A stretch of 64,000 nt of DNA, taken from assembly GCA_028534125.1 (NCBI GenBank), contig CM052817.1, forward strand, positions 17,858,001-17,922,000, written 5' to 3'. Both the position numbers and the translations under genes were made by a program. This stretch comes from Lama glama. Taxonomy: Eukaryota. Below the pieces are notes generated by a model. That model ran no database searches. It was not told the origin of the DNA and saw nothing but the letters and a program-made list of their open reading frames with translations. The first letter of the stretch is position 1. The number at the start of each line of letters is the position of its first letter. This document shows, in pieces, positions 63,991 to 64,000 of this stretch.

Positions 63991-64000
63991 AACCATTCTC

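Noticed and set aside
10500..64000. Exons of a neighbouring gene (TBC1D19 lies upstream of CCKAR in human, from recall) or a novel multi-gene system
   Set aside because: No CpG-island promoter or recognisable coding exon found; the region reads as TE-rich intergenic DNA. Short or non-coding exons cannot be excluded by eye.

Overview
Mammalian genomic DNA, most likely from a camelid, because it carries four tRNA-derived SINEs of the Vic-1 type. The left 10 kb hold the complete five-exon cholecystokinin A receptor gene (CCKAR) on the minus strand. The CDS is join(9527..9638, 8602..8853, 5392..5653, 3233..3360, 1749..2287): 1293 nt, 430 aa, all introns GT-AG, no disablements. The remaining ~54 kb upstream is intergenic and dense in transposable elements: MIR, L2, old and lineage-specific L1 3' ends, MaLR/ERVL LTRs, four ERV1-type solo LTRs, and hAT-Charlie and Tigger relics. 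I see no second protein-coding gene and no convincing novel multi-gene system. The most interesting CCKAR signals are a strong-Kozak upstream ORF, an out-of-frame relic of the rat N-terminal extension in the leader, and a CpG-island-like last exon with GC-ward substitutions and a Gly-His duplication. Outside the gene there are three ultra-short (9-36 bp) retrotransposition scars with clean target-site duplications (TSDs), a multi-layer nested TE stack, and an old ~440-bp local duplication. Repeat family names and orthologue comparisons come from recalled sequences, not from a database run. Repeat boundaries are approximate unless a TSD is quoted.
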